Shown one piece after another: positions 28,878 to 43,950 of a stretch of 248,000 nucleotides of DNA (its first letter is position 1; every line of letters begins with the position of its first letter). Under the pieces are notes generated by a model. That model had not been told where the DNA came from. It was given only the letters and a program-made list of their open reading frames with translations, and searched no databases. Source of the DNA: Octopus vulgaris (taxonomy: Eukaryota); NCBI GenBank assembly GCA_951406725.2, contig OX597817.1, forward strand, positions 117,820,001-118,068,000, written 5' to 3'. The position numbers and the translations under genes are program-made.

Positions 28878-29146
28878 ATGTACATATATACACATATATG
28901 TTTCTGCCTATATGTGTGTATGTGTGTGTGTGTTTGTGTGACTGTGTGTATCTGTGTGTGCATCGCTTAGCTTGATTTTGACGCGTTGCTGCGTGGTAAG
29001 AAATTTGTTACCCTGCTGCTTGCTCCAAGTTCATTTCCACCGCGTTGCATCTTAGACAAGTATTTTCTGTGAAAGTCTTTGGACGGCCAATGCTCTGGGA
29101 ATGGATTTCTTGGAAGAAAATTGAAAGACGCCCGCCTAACACATAC

Positions 29147-29184
<38 letters not shown>

Positions 29185-29204
29185 CGTGAAGTATATTTGC
29201 CAGG

Positions 29205-29375
29205 TATGTGGCTAACCCTTAAAGGTGGATGCTAGTTGTAGCTCCAGTAAAACACCTCCAGTTGGCAACTGACACACCTTCGGTGCCCCTAAGACAGTGT
29301 GCCAATAGCCAGCTGGAGGGGGTGTCTTCTTGGGGCTACAAGCTACAGGGTCATCCACCCTTAAGTGTTAGCCAT
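29205..29375. repeat. Small inverted-repeat (MITE-like) element
   Basis: tggctaacccttaaaggtggatg...gtcatccacccttaagtgttagcca arms; the same family occurs at 124915-125400. Confidence 0.5.
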
Positions 29376-29559
29376 ATTTCAGTGGCAATTACACTTCACG
29401 GTCTCGTGCAGCTGTTTGAACATCTAGATACCTGTGCAAATGGGAAATTTAAAATATTAAAATTTTACAAAAATGAAAACTATAAAAAGTTCCAACTACG
29501 AAAGATAAAAGAAGAATACTTTATAAGAATTCTAAATTCGAAATTAAACACGAAATATC

Positions 29560-29811
29560 TAATACTGCATTTTATTACCAAATTCGTAATATGCACTTGA
29601 AAAGATGCATCACTGCAATTCCTCCCGAGCCAGTGTACCCTATTTGTATGTCGTTCAGTTTTAAGTGCTGGTAGCACAGTACTTGGAATTTTCCTGCATT
29701 AAACTGCATGTTGTTGTACTCAGCCCTCTTGTATATTGCCTCCAAATCCCGTTGCAGATGTTCAATATTTCCAGGATTTTGTATTTTCTGAGACTTTTGT
29801 GTCATCTGCAT
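29560..29811 (-). mobile_element. CR1-group LINE fragment (family of 207820-209790)
   Basis: QKIQNPGNIEHLQRDLEAIYKRAEYNNMQFNAGKFQ aligns with QKIQNPSDVAHLQQELDSIYR..NNMQFNAENFQ. Confidence 0.7.
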
Positions 29812-30721
29812 ACCGATTTATATTGTTAATAGATAATAATATCAAATATTCTCCGTACAGAATGCTTGTAAAAATCCCTAGGTTGGATTGGGTTAATCTT
29901 TCTAGACGTACCTAAGAATTGCTTATCCATGAATGTTATCTATAAGTAGTGCTCAACCGAATAAATGGTATATTGTTCATAGATGAGGTTCAAATATTCA
30001 CCGTATAGAATACACTTCGTAGCGCTCAAGACAGTATAGTTTGTATATTGACCTGCCTAAATTGCTTATCCTTACATTTACCTCTATATGTGTGTGTGTG
30101 TATGTGTGTTTTCGGGTGCGTGTGAGAAACTTGTTATATGACATTTTCCTATCACAAATAAACAAGCAAAATACATCATTCCTTTAGTATTATACTGTAT
30201 AACAGTCTGTAGACTGCCGCCATGTTGCAAGTCTTCTGCGAAAGTCGCTGTTGATCACATCGACATTTGCTAACTTTCAGTCTAGTTCTATCGGGGTTTT
30301 TTCTATCGAAGCACTGAGTTGCGGGAACATGAATAGAAAAAATATCACCTGGTAACAGTAGAAGACAAACTCATAAATGTAACCGTCTTGCACAGGAACA
30401 CACATGTAAATGCATATATTCACACATATGTATGTATGCCATTGTTCAGTTTTATTTCAAGACATTTTTGCCAATAGAGAAACAGCCGGTTTCTAACCTC
30501 GATTCAAGGCACCTTCAACGGAATTTCAACATCAACAACAGGGTGTACGTAAGTGAGCTACACAATCAGACAGAAATACACGATACTACGCACAGGTTTA
30601 CATTTACTTATTAAACTTGCTTCCTTCTGACCCACTTGAAATCACTCCAGCTTACGTTCAATTTCAAACTACATAAACAAATTTCCTTTTTGTCTCCTCT
30701 CCTTAACAGGCTTTCCTTTTT

Positions 30722-30765
30722 GATAGTCTGACGATGAGACTTGTCCCGAAATATCACTCACTGTC
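30722..30765 (+). ncRNA. Candidate degenerate HHR
   Basis: GATAGT-CTGACGA-TGAGACTTGTCCC-GAAA-TATCAC-TC-ACTGTC: 6-bp stem I, weak stems II and III. Confidence 0.35.
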
Positions 30766-31370
30766 CGTACAACACACTTCATTTTCTCTCAATATTGATA
30801 AATATATTTTGTTGTGATTAAAATTTACGTTGTATCATTCTTGTCATTATGTTGAGCATACCGCAAATACATCCATGCTTATGCGTAGGTTGACTTTTAT
30901 AGACTCACATACACACAACACACACACACACACACACACACATACACACACGCACACTCACATAATGTACGTATGCATAATGTGTATGTATTAGTGGGAA
31001 TTTAAATAAAGCACATTATCGTGCGGTTGCGCGCATGTTTCTGAAGCCAGAATACTGATAGAAATAATGTACTTTGATAAAATGCGTAACAAAGAATATA
31101 CTATAAAAGTTTGACCGCAATTACTAATTAGTTATTCATAGAAATAAAGAAATATATACATTTTTATAATGTTTTAATAATAATTATAATGGCATCAGTG
31201 AACTAGAAGAAAGAAAGGAAAATGAGAAGTAATAGAGATCACAGATTTTGCTTATTAACGACATTAATACCCGCACACCTACAGCTTACTATTTCCTGCA
31301 CACTTCCTTAGATCTTCATGAACTCACATATGATATTATATAGAAGTAGTTTACAACAAAGATTGGAAGA

Positions 31371-31441
<71 letters not shown>

Positions 31442-31703
31442 ATATATATATATATACGTGAAATAATGAATATACATAAAGAGAGGTATGTACACACACC
31501 ACGACGTAAACACGCACATACGAGCATACATTCTTATTAAGATACGCAGACGTATAATTATTACTTTACAGACCTGTTCACATATTTGCAAACATTTAAG
31601 CGTAGACACAAAATATGCACCTTTCGTTTTCATTTCTTTCTTTTTCTCTCAGTCTCACTGTGTACACACACATATATATATATGTATATATATATATACA
31701 CGC

Positions 31704-31816
<113 letters not shown>

Positions 31817-32861
31817 TGGCGTCTATATTTCATACATGTTACAGTGCTTCATTAAATATGTATATGTATGATATTTCTGTGTATGCGTGTCTATTTTAAA
31901 TATATGTTACCTCTGAACATAATATTGCAGCATTAGTTAAAAGCTTATTGCTCGGAGCCGTTCTTTGTAAATAAAACGCAACAGTCTAGCAACACGTTGT
32001 GTATATGTGCATGCATAATAGCGCGCCTAGATTCTACTTTTGTTTCATTAACTCACGTATTTATTCATATATATTCACATACAGGATGTGCATATGTGCA
32101 ATAGTCGTATTTCGCAGCATACACACACATACACACACATGCACACAAACATACACATTTAAGTATATATACATATATATCAATTTGTGTGGAAATATAT
32201 ATATATATATATATATATACGTATTTGTGTTTGTGTTTGTGTGTGCACATTCGAAAAGAGCATTTAGTACATGATGCAAAGTTTTATTTTTGCATTAACA
32301 ATTCATTATTCACTCTCTTACTGGAATATTTACACGTAGAAATTGTTCACATAATTAACCAAGCAATGTCTGAAGAATGCAGTTTTTTAAACAACGCATT
32401 AGTTATGTCGATTCTTGTCGTTCAAAGAGTTTGGCGAATCGAAAGTTCAAAATCTGCCTCAGTTACTTAAATATCATGCAGATTACTCATGCTTACTGCT
32501 TTCAATGTATCTTCACGCTGTTTTAATACCTAGAATTCTCTATCAAATTTTGGGTATCGTCTTTTATTGAAATTTCATTTAGCATTATCAACAATTTTTC
32601 GTGATTACGGAAGAGGATCATTCAGAGTCTACGGATAAATTCCTAGAGTATATCTGTATTTTTTCAAACGTCCATCTCAGCCAAATTAATATTTCAATTC
32701 ATTCTTCCCCTTTTCGTGATGTTGGGTTTTGTTTGGCTCCATGAGACATGTCGTAAATAATATAAATTACTTGGATAATATTACTTGAGGCTGTCACAAA
32801 GTTTCAGCATTCAGATGACGTCTGGATTAATGAGCATATGGGCAAATTGCCATTAAGAATG

Positions 32862-32924
<63 letters not shown>

Positions 32925-35900
32925 AATATATAAATACAAACATGCATACATGCATATATACATGCATAAATATATATATATGTCTACATATATACAGACA
33001 TGAATATATATTTGTGTTTGTATGTATATACATCGTCTTCGACGACAAATTACATCATACATACATGTATGCATTAAGTGTCTGTCTTTCTATCTATCTG
33101 TCTATCTATCTATGTATCTATCCATCTATTTATGCAGGCATAGTGGAATCTGCCGTCCAAGTCGACGGATGAGTGTTTAGTTTTTGCTGAGTGACCTGCA
33201 CAAATGTATTCTAAGAATATCTATGTATATATTAGCTCACTCCTTCCTTCAATTCGTTGTTGCTTGAACAGGTGCACGGTATATTATACGCCAGGTGTGA
33301 AAGTGATCGCAGAGCAAGGTGAGAAAAAAATTTCCCCAAGAATACAACGCACTACCAGGTTCAAGAATTGAAATGACGATCTCACGCTCGAGAGCTGAAC
33401 ACCCTAACAAATTACACATTCGCCCTCATATCCACGTCACTGTATCATACTAAATGTGCACATACCGTTAGAATGCAATTTGCCATGGAAATATGTGAAA
33501 TTAAACCTCTTCATAGATCTGTGTTAAGTCATGATATACCGGAGTATGAAGAAAATTGAATCACGAGAACGAGCGATACATTTCGCCATTCGTGGGGTTT
33601 GTGAAAGCGGTGCACTCGATTTCCAGCTGCTTGAACACATCCCCCGATGGCTTAGAGCCCTTGGGTGCAATTGTTTGAAATTTTGTACAAATGGAATCTA
33701 ATATAGGAACATTTGTTTGGACTATTTTTTCACGCTTGTACCACTAGCACTAATCTATATGCTTGGAGTCACTGGATTTTAATCCGAAACTCCCTAGTCA
33801 CAACTGTATAATATTTAGAATGTCTTGTTAAGCAGATTTCCATCTATCCTCCAAACTTAACGAAATATTTAGCCTGAAACTTTACAATCAACATGAAGTA
33901 CATGTAAATTAAAATGAAGTACATGTAAATAAAGGGCTTCGAAGATTTTTGTTACACTCCCTGTAAAATCACTAGAAATTGAACTAGTATTTTGAAACAT
34001 AAGTTATAGTAATATAGAAGTTATCAATTAGTCTAAAATGTCTTTCTTTTTCCTCAACAATATACTTTCTAAAAATTCTATCGATGATCTTTTTAGACAG
34101 TATCGGGCTTTCTGCTGGATATATCATTCGTGTTACATATCGATGAAAGAATGAGTAAAATCTCAAATAGAGATCAGAACGGCGACAATAGATTTACTAT
34201 TACAAACAATATTTGGAGGAGTTGAAGCAGTTTTAGAAATATCTCCATCTGTTACATTACTGAATTTCGAATTAGCATAAAAAGAAACACGAATAAAAGT
34301 ATTGTCTACATTTTAGATGCCATCTGACATATAGCATTTGTATTTTCTAGGCCATCTAAAAATCCCAAGGTGGTGCATATGTACATCAAACATAAATTAA
34401 CACAGCACTCTTATGATTATCATGGAATGGATTAACGATGAAAATATGCGAATAAATTGGTATCTTTTGAAAGACGTAACATTCAATAGAGTAGCCATTT
34501 ACTCCAATGTGGTATTAGAAATTTCAGTTAAATACAATTCTGTTTTCATAATTACTATTGTGCTATTATGATAAATAAATAAACACAATATATTGTATCT
34601 TATCGATCTATCCGTTATAATGTCAAATTTGTTATTGATGAAACTTCCCCGAATTTAATCCCAAATTTTTACCTTGGTGACGGAAGTCTACGGAAGCTAA
34701 AGAAGCACCAAGACTTTGAAGAAACGAAGTTCTTTCCTTAACTTAAGTAACAATCGGAATAAGTAACATTCCTAAACAGTGACTAAGCCGAAACCATACC
34801 CTTATCAAAAATATTGAAGAGGCAAGGTCGATAAAATGTAAGATATTGTGTATATCTATAATGTTGATAGCACATTAGTATGAAACAGAATTCTTTAAAA
34901 CTGAAAACCACCTTGGTGTAAATCGCTACTCTATCGAAAGTTACCTTTTTCGAAACTCTACCTCTTAACAACAGCACGGCAACTATCTATCCTCAGCCGT
35001 TAATCATCCAAAGGATAAGTCTGATATCCATACATTTTAGAACAACTAAATTACGACACATACACTTCAGAAGCAATTGATTGTTCGCCAAGCTTTTATC
35101 TTATGCTACAAAATATATGCGAACCTATGAGAGTCTCCAGTCGAGTAAATATTTACGTTTAAATGAGCAAGTTGAATAAGAACACTTTCAACTCGCGTTT
35201 GCAACTCCAGGAGGAGCAGAGTAGTTTTAAAATTCCATAGTATATTTAGCACAAACCAATGAATAAAATTGCAGATGTTTGCGTAATATCTTTAGTTAGG
35301 AAAAAACTCAATACTGCCCAAAGCAGTAAGTTTGAAAGAACATATGTGATTTTATATTCAGTATCATTATGAGAATTTAAATAAAATTCTTAATTATAAC
35401 ACCCACCCAACAATAATCCAATCGGTAGTTGTTTTGTATTTTTGTTTGTTCTTTGTGTGTTTTGAGTTTGTTTTGTTTTATTGTTTTTCAGTTTCTCATT
35501 TGTGGTTTAGAAAATCAGACGCTGACTGTAGCCAACAAGATTCCAGCAACAATCCCACAAAAAATTAGTGACATATTTCGAAATTTCTTGAGCTCTTAGC
35601 AGTAAAAAAATTTGTGAGGTATTTTTCCTGTATATGAGAATCTATGTGAAAAAAGAATTGAGATTATATAAACATTAAATTTACTTGTGCCACATATTAA
35701 ATTCACTTAATATTTCTTAACTACTTTTGTAAGTGTCTATTCCTAAAAGTCCGGGTGTTTTATATATACAAGGAATCACGCACACGCTCTCCTCCCAAAA
35801 TACACATATGCACATACAAACATATTTATGTACGTGTGTGTTGTGCGCACGTGTACATATCTACTTCACCATTTCTCTCTCTCTCTCTCTCGATATATAT

Positions 35901-36163
35901 ATATATATATAATATACATATATACATACATTCATACATACATACATACATACATACATACATACATACATACATACATACATACATACATACGTATAAA
36001 AGCAACTGAATTAGTGCTAAGTGGAGTTTTTCGCTAAAACATTTAATCCGTACGATATAGATATCTGCTTAGCAGATATTTTTGTGACCTGTTTTTATTT
36101 CCAATCGTTTTTATATCTGAATCAAGATTTTCATTTGTACACACACAGATATACATGAATACC

Positions 36164-36206
<43 letters not shown>

Positions 36207-36243
36207 GTATATAAATATGTATGTTTGTATATATATATGTGCG

Positions 36244-36274
<31 letters not shown>

Positions 36275-36312
36275 GTATATATATATATGCGTATACATAC
36301 ATACACACACAC

Positions 36313-36360
<48 letters not shown>

Positions 36361-36685
36361 AAGTGAGTGCGATAGAGAGAGAGAGATGGCTATATAAATA
36401 TGTGTAAATTCAAATTGGCTCGGGTTAGAAAGACTAACTGCATAGCCTGTCAGACACCGTTATAGAGCGAAAGTCGATCGTATTACACAAAGTACATTTT
36501 GAAGTCCCTGAATATTCGTAGACTATATATACAAAAATAAACGAAAAAAAAATCGTACTAACGTTGCAGTATTTCAAAGCAAAGGCAAAAGATATAACTC
36601 AACTCTAACCAACCTAATATGGACACTCACGGAAAAGACAATGCAACACAGCTACTGGTCTCTGATAAAGATTGCGCACCGCACA

Positions 36686-36732
<47 letters not shown>

Positions 36733-37699
36733 CAGACAAATATATATAAAGATATAGAGAGATGGACAGGGTGATAGATAGATAAACGCATATATATATA
36801 TATATATATGCATATGTATGTGCATGTAAATAAATATGAATGGATATGCACTTCGTCAAATTATTTGATTATGGAATGCTCATCGTTGTATCAGACGCCC
36901 TCTCTATTCGCTGATGGGACTATATTTTCACACGTTCCATTATACATCGTAATTTTTACACGCTGCCTGTGTAAAGAATATCATCTCACAGAAAACCACA
37001 CTATATTGCCTTCAACGAAGCTTATACGTGAATTATGACGTATAGATGTGCATTTTAGTCTAATATTGCTACAACTGATGGCTATTACAATGTGATACTG
37101 CTTCAAGTTTATTAAACTGTAGATATATATGATCGATTTCTGCTGACACTTTATTTAAAGTTCTATACATCGCCATTTCGTATTCGCTACAAAATCTGAG
37201 CAGAATGTATGTGCCGAATGGATTCACACAAAATACTTTGTGGTATTTGTCCCAACGGTATACCTCTTTTGCTCTAATCCTTACAAGGATGAGTTTGCCT
37301 TTCAAACCACCAGAAAAGGCAAAATATAGCACCAGCCAAGTAGTGATTGCGTTATAGTCGATTAACTCCTCTTCCAGCCCATTCCACTCCTGCCCTCCTC
37401 TAAGTTATGCTCTGTTGTTCCTGTTGTAAGAAATTTAAAAAATAAGTTACACCCGTATACTGATAACATAGCCAAATAAATTTACCTTCTCTAACATATA
37501 TCATATAACTATGTATATGAATTTATGTGTAATTATTTGTGCTTGAGTTCTCAGTTTCTGATAGGATATATCGCCATTTTTAAATATGTGCATCAACATA
37601 GAGTATATATAAACGTAACAAAATATTTTTTTTTAATTTATCATGTAGCTGAATTTCAATAAGCTATTTGAAAAGACAAATGTCATCCTTAATTCCGAT

Positions 37700-38570
37700 T
37701 TTCATACATTCATTAATTAGCGCTCGACGGATTTTGTAAACTTGCTCATTTAATTTCTTTCCCTCCTTATATAATACGTACTGAGATCTCATCACATTCT
37801 GTCTCTATTTAACATCCTGTTTTTTTTTTTTTACTTCATATGTAGCTAACCTAATCTCTGTAGCTCGAAAATAATTGTCATCGAAAGATGACCATCAGTA
37901 ATATAATACTTAGGAAAAATGTATAAAATAAATTACTGAATCTGATTGTGACGCTCAATGATGCTTATTGCACCCACATCCAAAGAGAGAGTATAAAGAA
38001 GGTATTAGTATTCTTATTATTATTATTATCGCCATTATTTTATTATTATTATATTGCATTATTATTATTATTAGTATTATATTATTATTATTACGTAACA
38101 TTTTTATAGCGTTTTTTCACTACCGAGCGCAGCTTTATCATGTATGTGCTGATTTGTTTGATGCTCTGATGGATATTGTATGGAAAGTGACGTAGGAATG
38201 TGCAGTGCCTTAATTCCGATTTTTATTCATTCAGTAATTAGTCCTCGACGGATTTTGTATGTATTTGTCTGAATTTTTTTTATCCTCCTTATGCATATAA
38301 TACGTACTTAGATCTCAGGTTCACATTCTGTCTCTATTTAACATCCTTTGTTTTTTACTTCATATGTAGCTAACCTAATCTCTAGCTCGAAAATAATTGT
38401 CATGGAAAGATGACCATCAGTAATGATAATACTTAGGAAAAAATGTATAAAATAAATTACTGAAACTGATTGTGACGCTCAATGATGCTTATTGCACCCA
38501 CATCCAAAGAGAAGGTATAAAGAAGGTATTATTATTGTTATTATTATTATTATTATTATCATTATTATTA
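37700..38570. repeat. Local tandem duplication of a ~330-bp unit (37700-38010 / 38205-38530), each followed by (TAT)n
   Basis: ccttaattccgatttt...ccacatccaaagaga is repeated with ~90% similarity. Confidence 0.8.
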
Positions 38571-39976
38571 ATTTGTACAAGAGAATGCAGTATTCCACAA
38601 ACAAGATAATTAAAATCATTCGCATAAAGTAAGGACACTTGAAATAAGAAGGGATATCAATAGTACTTTGCAAATCGTAAGAAATTCATCCATATGTATT
38701 GGTAACAGACAATTCGGTTAAATATTCTTGAGTATAATTTGAAATATTCAGTCGGGCGTACTGAAATCTAGCATGTTTACTTCTACAGCAAAGAGCATAT
38801 TTTATTCATGAGTTACGTTTCACATTATGTGTATTGAACCCTAAATCTGAACAATGCTTAGCAATCATGCATGCATATTTCAGCCATTACATATACATTT
38901 GATCAAATATACATATGAATTAAAATAAAATAGAATTGTAGACACAAACAGTCAATATAAATATTATATTGTATAGAAAATACTATTTAAATTAATTTCT
39001 TTGAGATTGTAATAGATATTGAACTACAATTGACCAATGGAACTGTGGAATTGGAACTTCATGTTGATTATATTTTTTGGCTGAGTGAATTCAAATCACA
39101 TTTACAGATACATGTCCTACATTGAGATCTACATTTTATGTATCTTCGCTGAGAATTCTATTACGTAAAAGAGAATTAGATTTATTAGCATAATAATTAT
39201 AATATAATTGACAGAGATAGGATTTAGTGAATATATCTTGATTAAAGTAACGCAAATAAAGTCACCAACATTAACCATCGTCGATCTAAGACTTCATTAA
39301 GTCATAATAGTGTATGCTACACGAAAACACCAATGCATTGAACACGGTTTCTAGTAGAACTTATCTTCCACCAATAGTATATAGACGAATGTTAATTGCT
39401 CCACTTTAATTACACATATTTTTCTGTATTGTAGCCATAGTTAATATAACGCTGATTTCTTTGATCGTAGTTGATAAATAGTTTGATTTTATTTAACATA
39501 TAATAATTAAGAGGATGACTAGTAATTTGCCTTTGAAAATAGTCGCATCTATTAGTATCTCATGATTTCTTTTGATTATAATTTAGTATCTGGGAAGTTA
39601 AATATTAAGCATCTAACACGCCGTGCTATGTATCTCAATAAGATCATTGGTGGTTAATAAGATTGTAATTTTCCGGACCATTAACCTCATCATTAGAGTT
39701 TATATTTACAACAACTTCAGCTACACGTTTGACCAGTTTTGATATTCAGTGTCACCTTGTGTCATATCAATGGATGAGTACATGCGACAGTAGCCTTGTG
39801 GAAGAGAAAACTATATCCAGATACTAAACATAACATTCTATACTTCTAGTCCACGCCGAGAATATTAAAGCTGCTGGCAATCGGATATTAATTAGGAAAT
39901 TAGTAGTTCAAATACATAATGCATGATATATACATATACATATACTTATGGTAATAATAACAACAACAATTGTAAC

Positions 39977-40049
<73 letters not shown>

Positions 40050-40057
40050 TAACAATG

Positions 40058-40136
<79 letters not shown>

Positions 40137-40669
40137 TAATAACAATATGAGAGCTCTACACTTAATAAAAACATGGATGTGCTACGCCGGCCTATCCATT
40201 CAAGAACAAATCTAATATAATAACATCAGCGAAATGGGATCAAGGAAGCTGTGGAAGACTTGAAGGCGATTGTCTTTTAACGAGAATAATCACAAAAACG
40301 ATTATTCTCATATGCACGATGTCCCTGTGAAACATGTGCAAAATGCACACGCGAAATCAACACCGGATTGTTTGCAAATTATAATATAAATGTGACAAAA
40401 TAGTAAGTACATAAATTGAGTAATTATGCATACACTCGAATGTCTACACAATCATATATACATTTTAATACCCATAGGACCACGTATACATTTCAACGTT
40501 TACACAACTACGTGAAATTTACTGGACACGCAAACACACATTTGAAAACACGTATCACAAACAAAACAAAATAAAACAAAACACAAAACAAAGCAATTTC
40601 TTTATTCTTTCGAACTCACACACAGAGTGCGAACAAATCATTAGTTTAAAAACAACAGAAAAAACTATG

Positions 40670-42500
40670 CCCGGAAATGAATCTATCAACAAAAAATACA
40701 GTCGAATACAGGTCTGTTAGCCTTAACAAGCTACGTTTACATGCAGAGAACTCGGAGGCGGTGTTGTGTCAAAACATTAACCCTAAAAAGACAGATCCTT
40801 CTCCTAAAGTTAACGTACAAGCTCGGCATGCTTCATTTAAAAATTACAATGCGGATTTGTCATCAGCCGGAACACCAAAGATCGCGTAATCGAATGTTGA
40901 ACGAGATTGGAACGTCAGTTATTGGTTCAAATTTTCCCAGAACAAGGACCTGGAAGTATTCGACAACAAGAATATTCAAACAAATGGCCATCCATACTCG
41001 TCATCAAATAACTGAAAGAAAAAAAATGAAACATGGTCTATTGGAGATAATAAAGAAGTTCTTACGGCTTTCTATCATGACTTATATTTCCCCAACAAAT
41101 ACATTTAATATTGTACAAACTTACTTAGACTGGAGACAGAAACACATTGAAGTAAGCCCCTACAAAGACAGTAACAAACGTGCCAACGTCAGAAGAAACA
41201 TGATGTAAAAAGAATTACTAAATAAATTAGAGATTGACCAAATTAAACAATCAGTAAGGGATCAACGGAACGAAACTTTATCTAAAGAAGATAGTGCAGA
41301 GGAAATAATCATAGACCAGCCCAGGGCTGATGAAAATGCAATAATGACTGAAAGAGTTAATGTAACTGATAAGCGAAGTGAAGTACACTCTGAAACAACC
41401 ATATATACTAAAGCAGATGAAAATCAAAGAAATGAAGAAAGTCACACAGAAATTCACACAACAGGACTACATGATCTAAAAATTCAAATCATGATTAAAT
41501 GGCTGAAAATTAAAGAAACCAATATGAATGGTAAAATCCGCCTTGCACTTAAGGATATATGTACTATGCATCCGCGAAAATCGCAACGATTCTATGTGGT
41601 AGACAAAACATCTACTTGGCTGGAGCGAATTGAACATCAAATTCAACTACTTAAGTATGACATAGGATGTTTAAAAAACCTTAAGTTTTACAAGACAATC
41701 AAACCAACAAAAATTCAAACATTATAGGAAAATATAAAATAGAAACCATATTTGTCATCGAAGCCACCATAGAAATGATCAAACAATGTGTGCTAAAGCT
41801 GCCCGCATAGCAATGTATGAAAAGCGCATTAGATTCGTCAAGGACAACATATTAAAACATAACCCAAAACATTTTTGCAGGAAGATAGGGAAAATACCAA
41901 TTACAGTAGAGTCTGTCCCATCAAAAGAAGAGGTGCAGGAATTTTGGTATAAAATTTGGGCAGAAGAAAAAACACAATCAAAGGGCCCCGTGGATTGATA
42001 CAATATCTACAGATTTAGATTCCTTAGAAGAGCAGATGTGGTAGTGGTGGTGGTGGGGTATCAAGTTAGAGAACGTAAGAACTGCTCTCGGGACGTCAAG
42101 CAAATGGAAGTCTCCAGGAGAGGATAAAATTCCTAACTTGTGGCTGAATGACTTCCCAGAGAGCCATGAACTGCTATAAAAACTGTACAACAATGTTTTG
42201 TAACAATATAGTATGATTCCCTCTTCGTTAGTTAATGGTGTAACATTCCTACTGCCAAAAAAGGAAGAAACAAACGAACCAAAAAATTAGAGGCATAACC
42301 TGCTTAACAACAATGTATAAAATGCTAACATTTGTGTTGACTGAATATACCTTTAGCTTTTTGATTTTAAATTAAAATATACCCTAATGTGTTAGAAAAG
42401 GATGTAAACTTATGTAAACTCAAGACAGAGCTGAATACAAGAAACAGGATCGAGGCGATCAGTATTGTAGCCATACCAGTCGTGACTTACAGTTTCAATA
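40670..42500 (+). mobile_element. Degenerate R4/Dong-like LINE (N-terminal and RT region)
   Basis: Remnants such as AARIAMYEKRIRFVKDN, PSKEEVQEFWYKIW, WKSPGEDKIPNLWL; many stops and frameshifts. Confidence 0.6.
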
Positions 42501-42999
42501 TCATTAAGTGGTCAAATACTGAAATATGTAATCTTGACAGAAAAATAAACTGATGATGATGAGGAGGAGGAGGAGGAGGGGGACGACGAGGGGGAAGACG
42601 GGTGGGAGGAGGGGAAGATGGTGATGAGCAGGAGGAGGTGGAGGAGGTGGAAGAGGAGGAGGAGGACGATGATGATATATAGTAACGAATTTATTGACTG
42701 GATATCTTGCAGATTTTCTTTTGAATACCTATAGCTCATAACGTGCACTGAAACACAATCGCGATTATTTTATAAAACGTTATTTACAGTACATAATTAT
42801 AAATAAATACTATTTTATTGTGTTGGCCAAATTGTTTGTTCGTTTTGTGCTGACCGTAAAATTCAAGGCCTCTGACATATAGCTAACGTCAACATGCCCC
42901 TTGCGAATGCGAAACCGTTTGATACTTGACACTGCAACGTAGTTCGACACTAAGTTTTTATAATTCAAATCGAAGTTTGTATGATTCAGATCACCCTGG

Positions 43000-43950
43000 A
43001 AACGATGAACCAAAAGCAACATTATCGACTCCACACGCTTTTATATTTTAAAATGCAAAAAACCAGCAGGAATCTAAAAGAGGATATGTGCTGTGTAAGG
43101 AGGAGATCCGGTTGCGGAAAGCGTGTGCCAGAACATGTTGTCCAGATTACAGGTGGGGAAATATTTCGGCTGAAGATACACCTCGCTCTGACCGGTTAAG
43201 TGAAATTAACTGTGACATCAATATCTCTTATACGACCAGGAATATAGCAAATGTTTCCCACATATTCAGAGGTGTATTTGAAAGCCATTTCCATCTACTT
43301 AGTTACTTCAGAAGACTCGGTGTTTTGATTGCGCATGAGCTGAATGAGGCTAAGCTTGACCAATGGATTTTCATCTAACGTTCGTAGCAGAAATGTAAAG
43401 AAAAGGAACTTTTTTGAAAACTACTGTAACAGGAGACGAAAAATTGATCACCTAACAACGTGAAGTGCAATGCACAATTGATTAAGGGAGAAGTGCGGGG
43501 AACCATTAAAAAAATTCTGCAAAGCTCCAAGAAGGCTTTCATTCGGAAGGATGGTTTCAACAATTTAAGAGTTATTTCCTCCACGGATATGATCTCTAAT
43601 TTGTATCTGTAGACACTAACTGGACAAATTAAACGCAGTGATCCACTAGAAGCTTGTAACGCTTGCTAATCATTCATCACGACAAGAGCGAGGCGCGGAT
43701 TTCTTTGTAGATGTGGCAGAAGTTACTTCAGCTTGGCTGAGAACTTTTGCCGCAACTTCCATATTCGCTGAAACGTGCGCCACATAATTCATTTAATGGA
43801 CATATTTTCAATTCTGAAGAATACAAAATTCATCTGAAAGAGTTTTCCGCCACTAACGACTGGAAATTCTTGAGTAGGAAATAACACATCTACCCACAAG
43901 ATTGTAGAAAATACGGGAACGAAAAGAAAGTTAAATCATTGATTGAATGT
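43000..43950 (+). mobile_element. Degenerate mariner transposase
   Basis: GNISAEDTPRSDRLSEI...LGVLIAHELNE resembles the mariner G.FSLED.PRSGRP...WVPHEL motifs. Confidence 0.55.
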
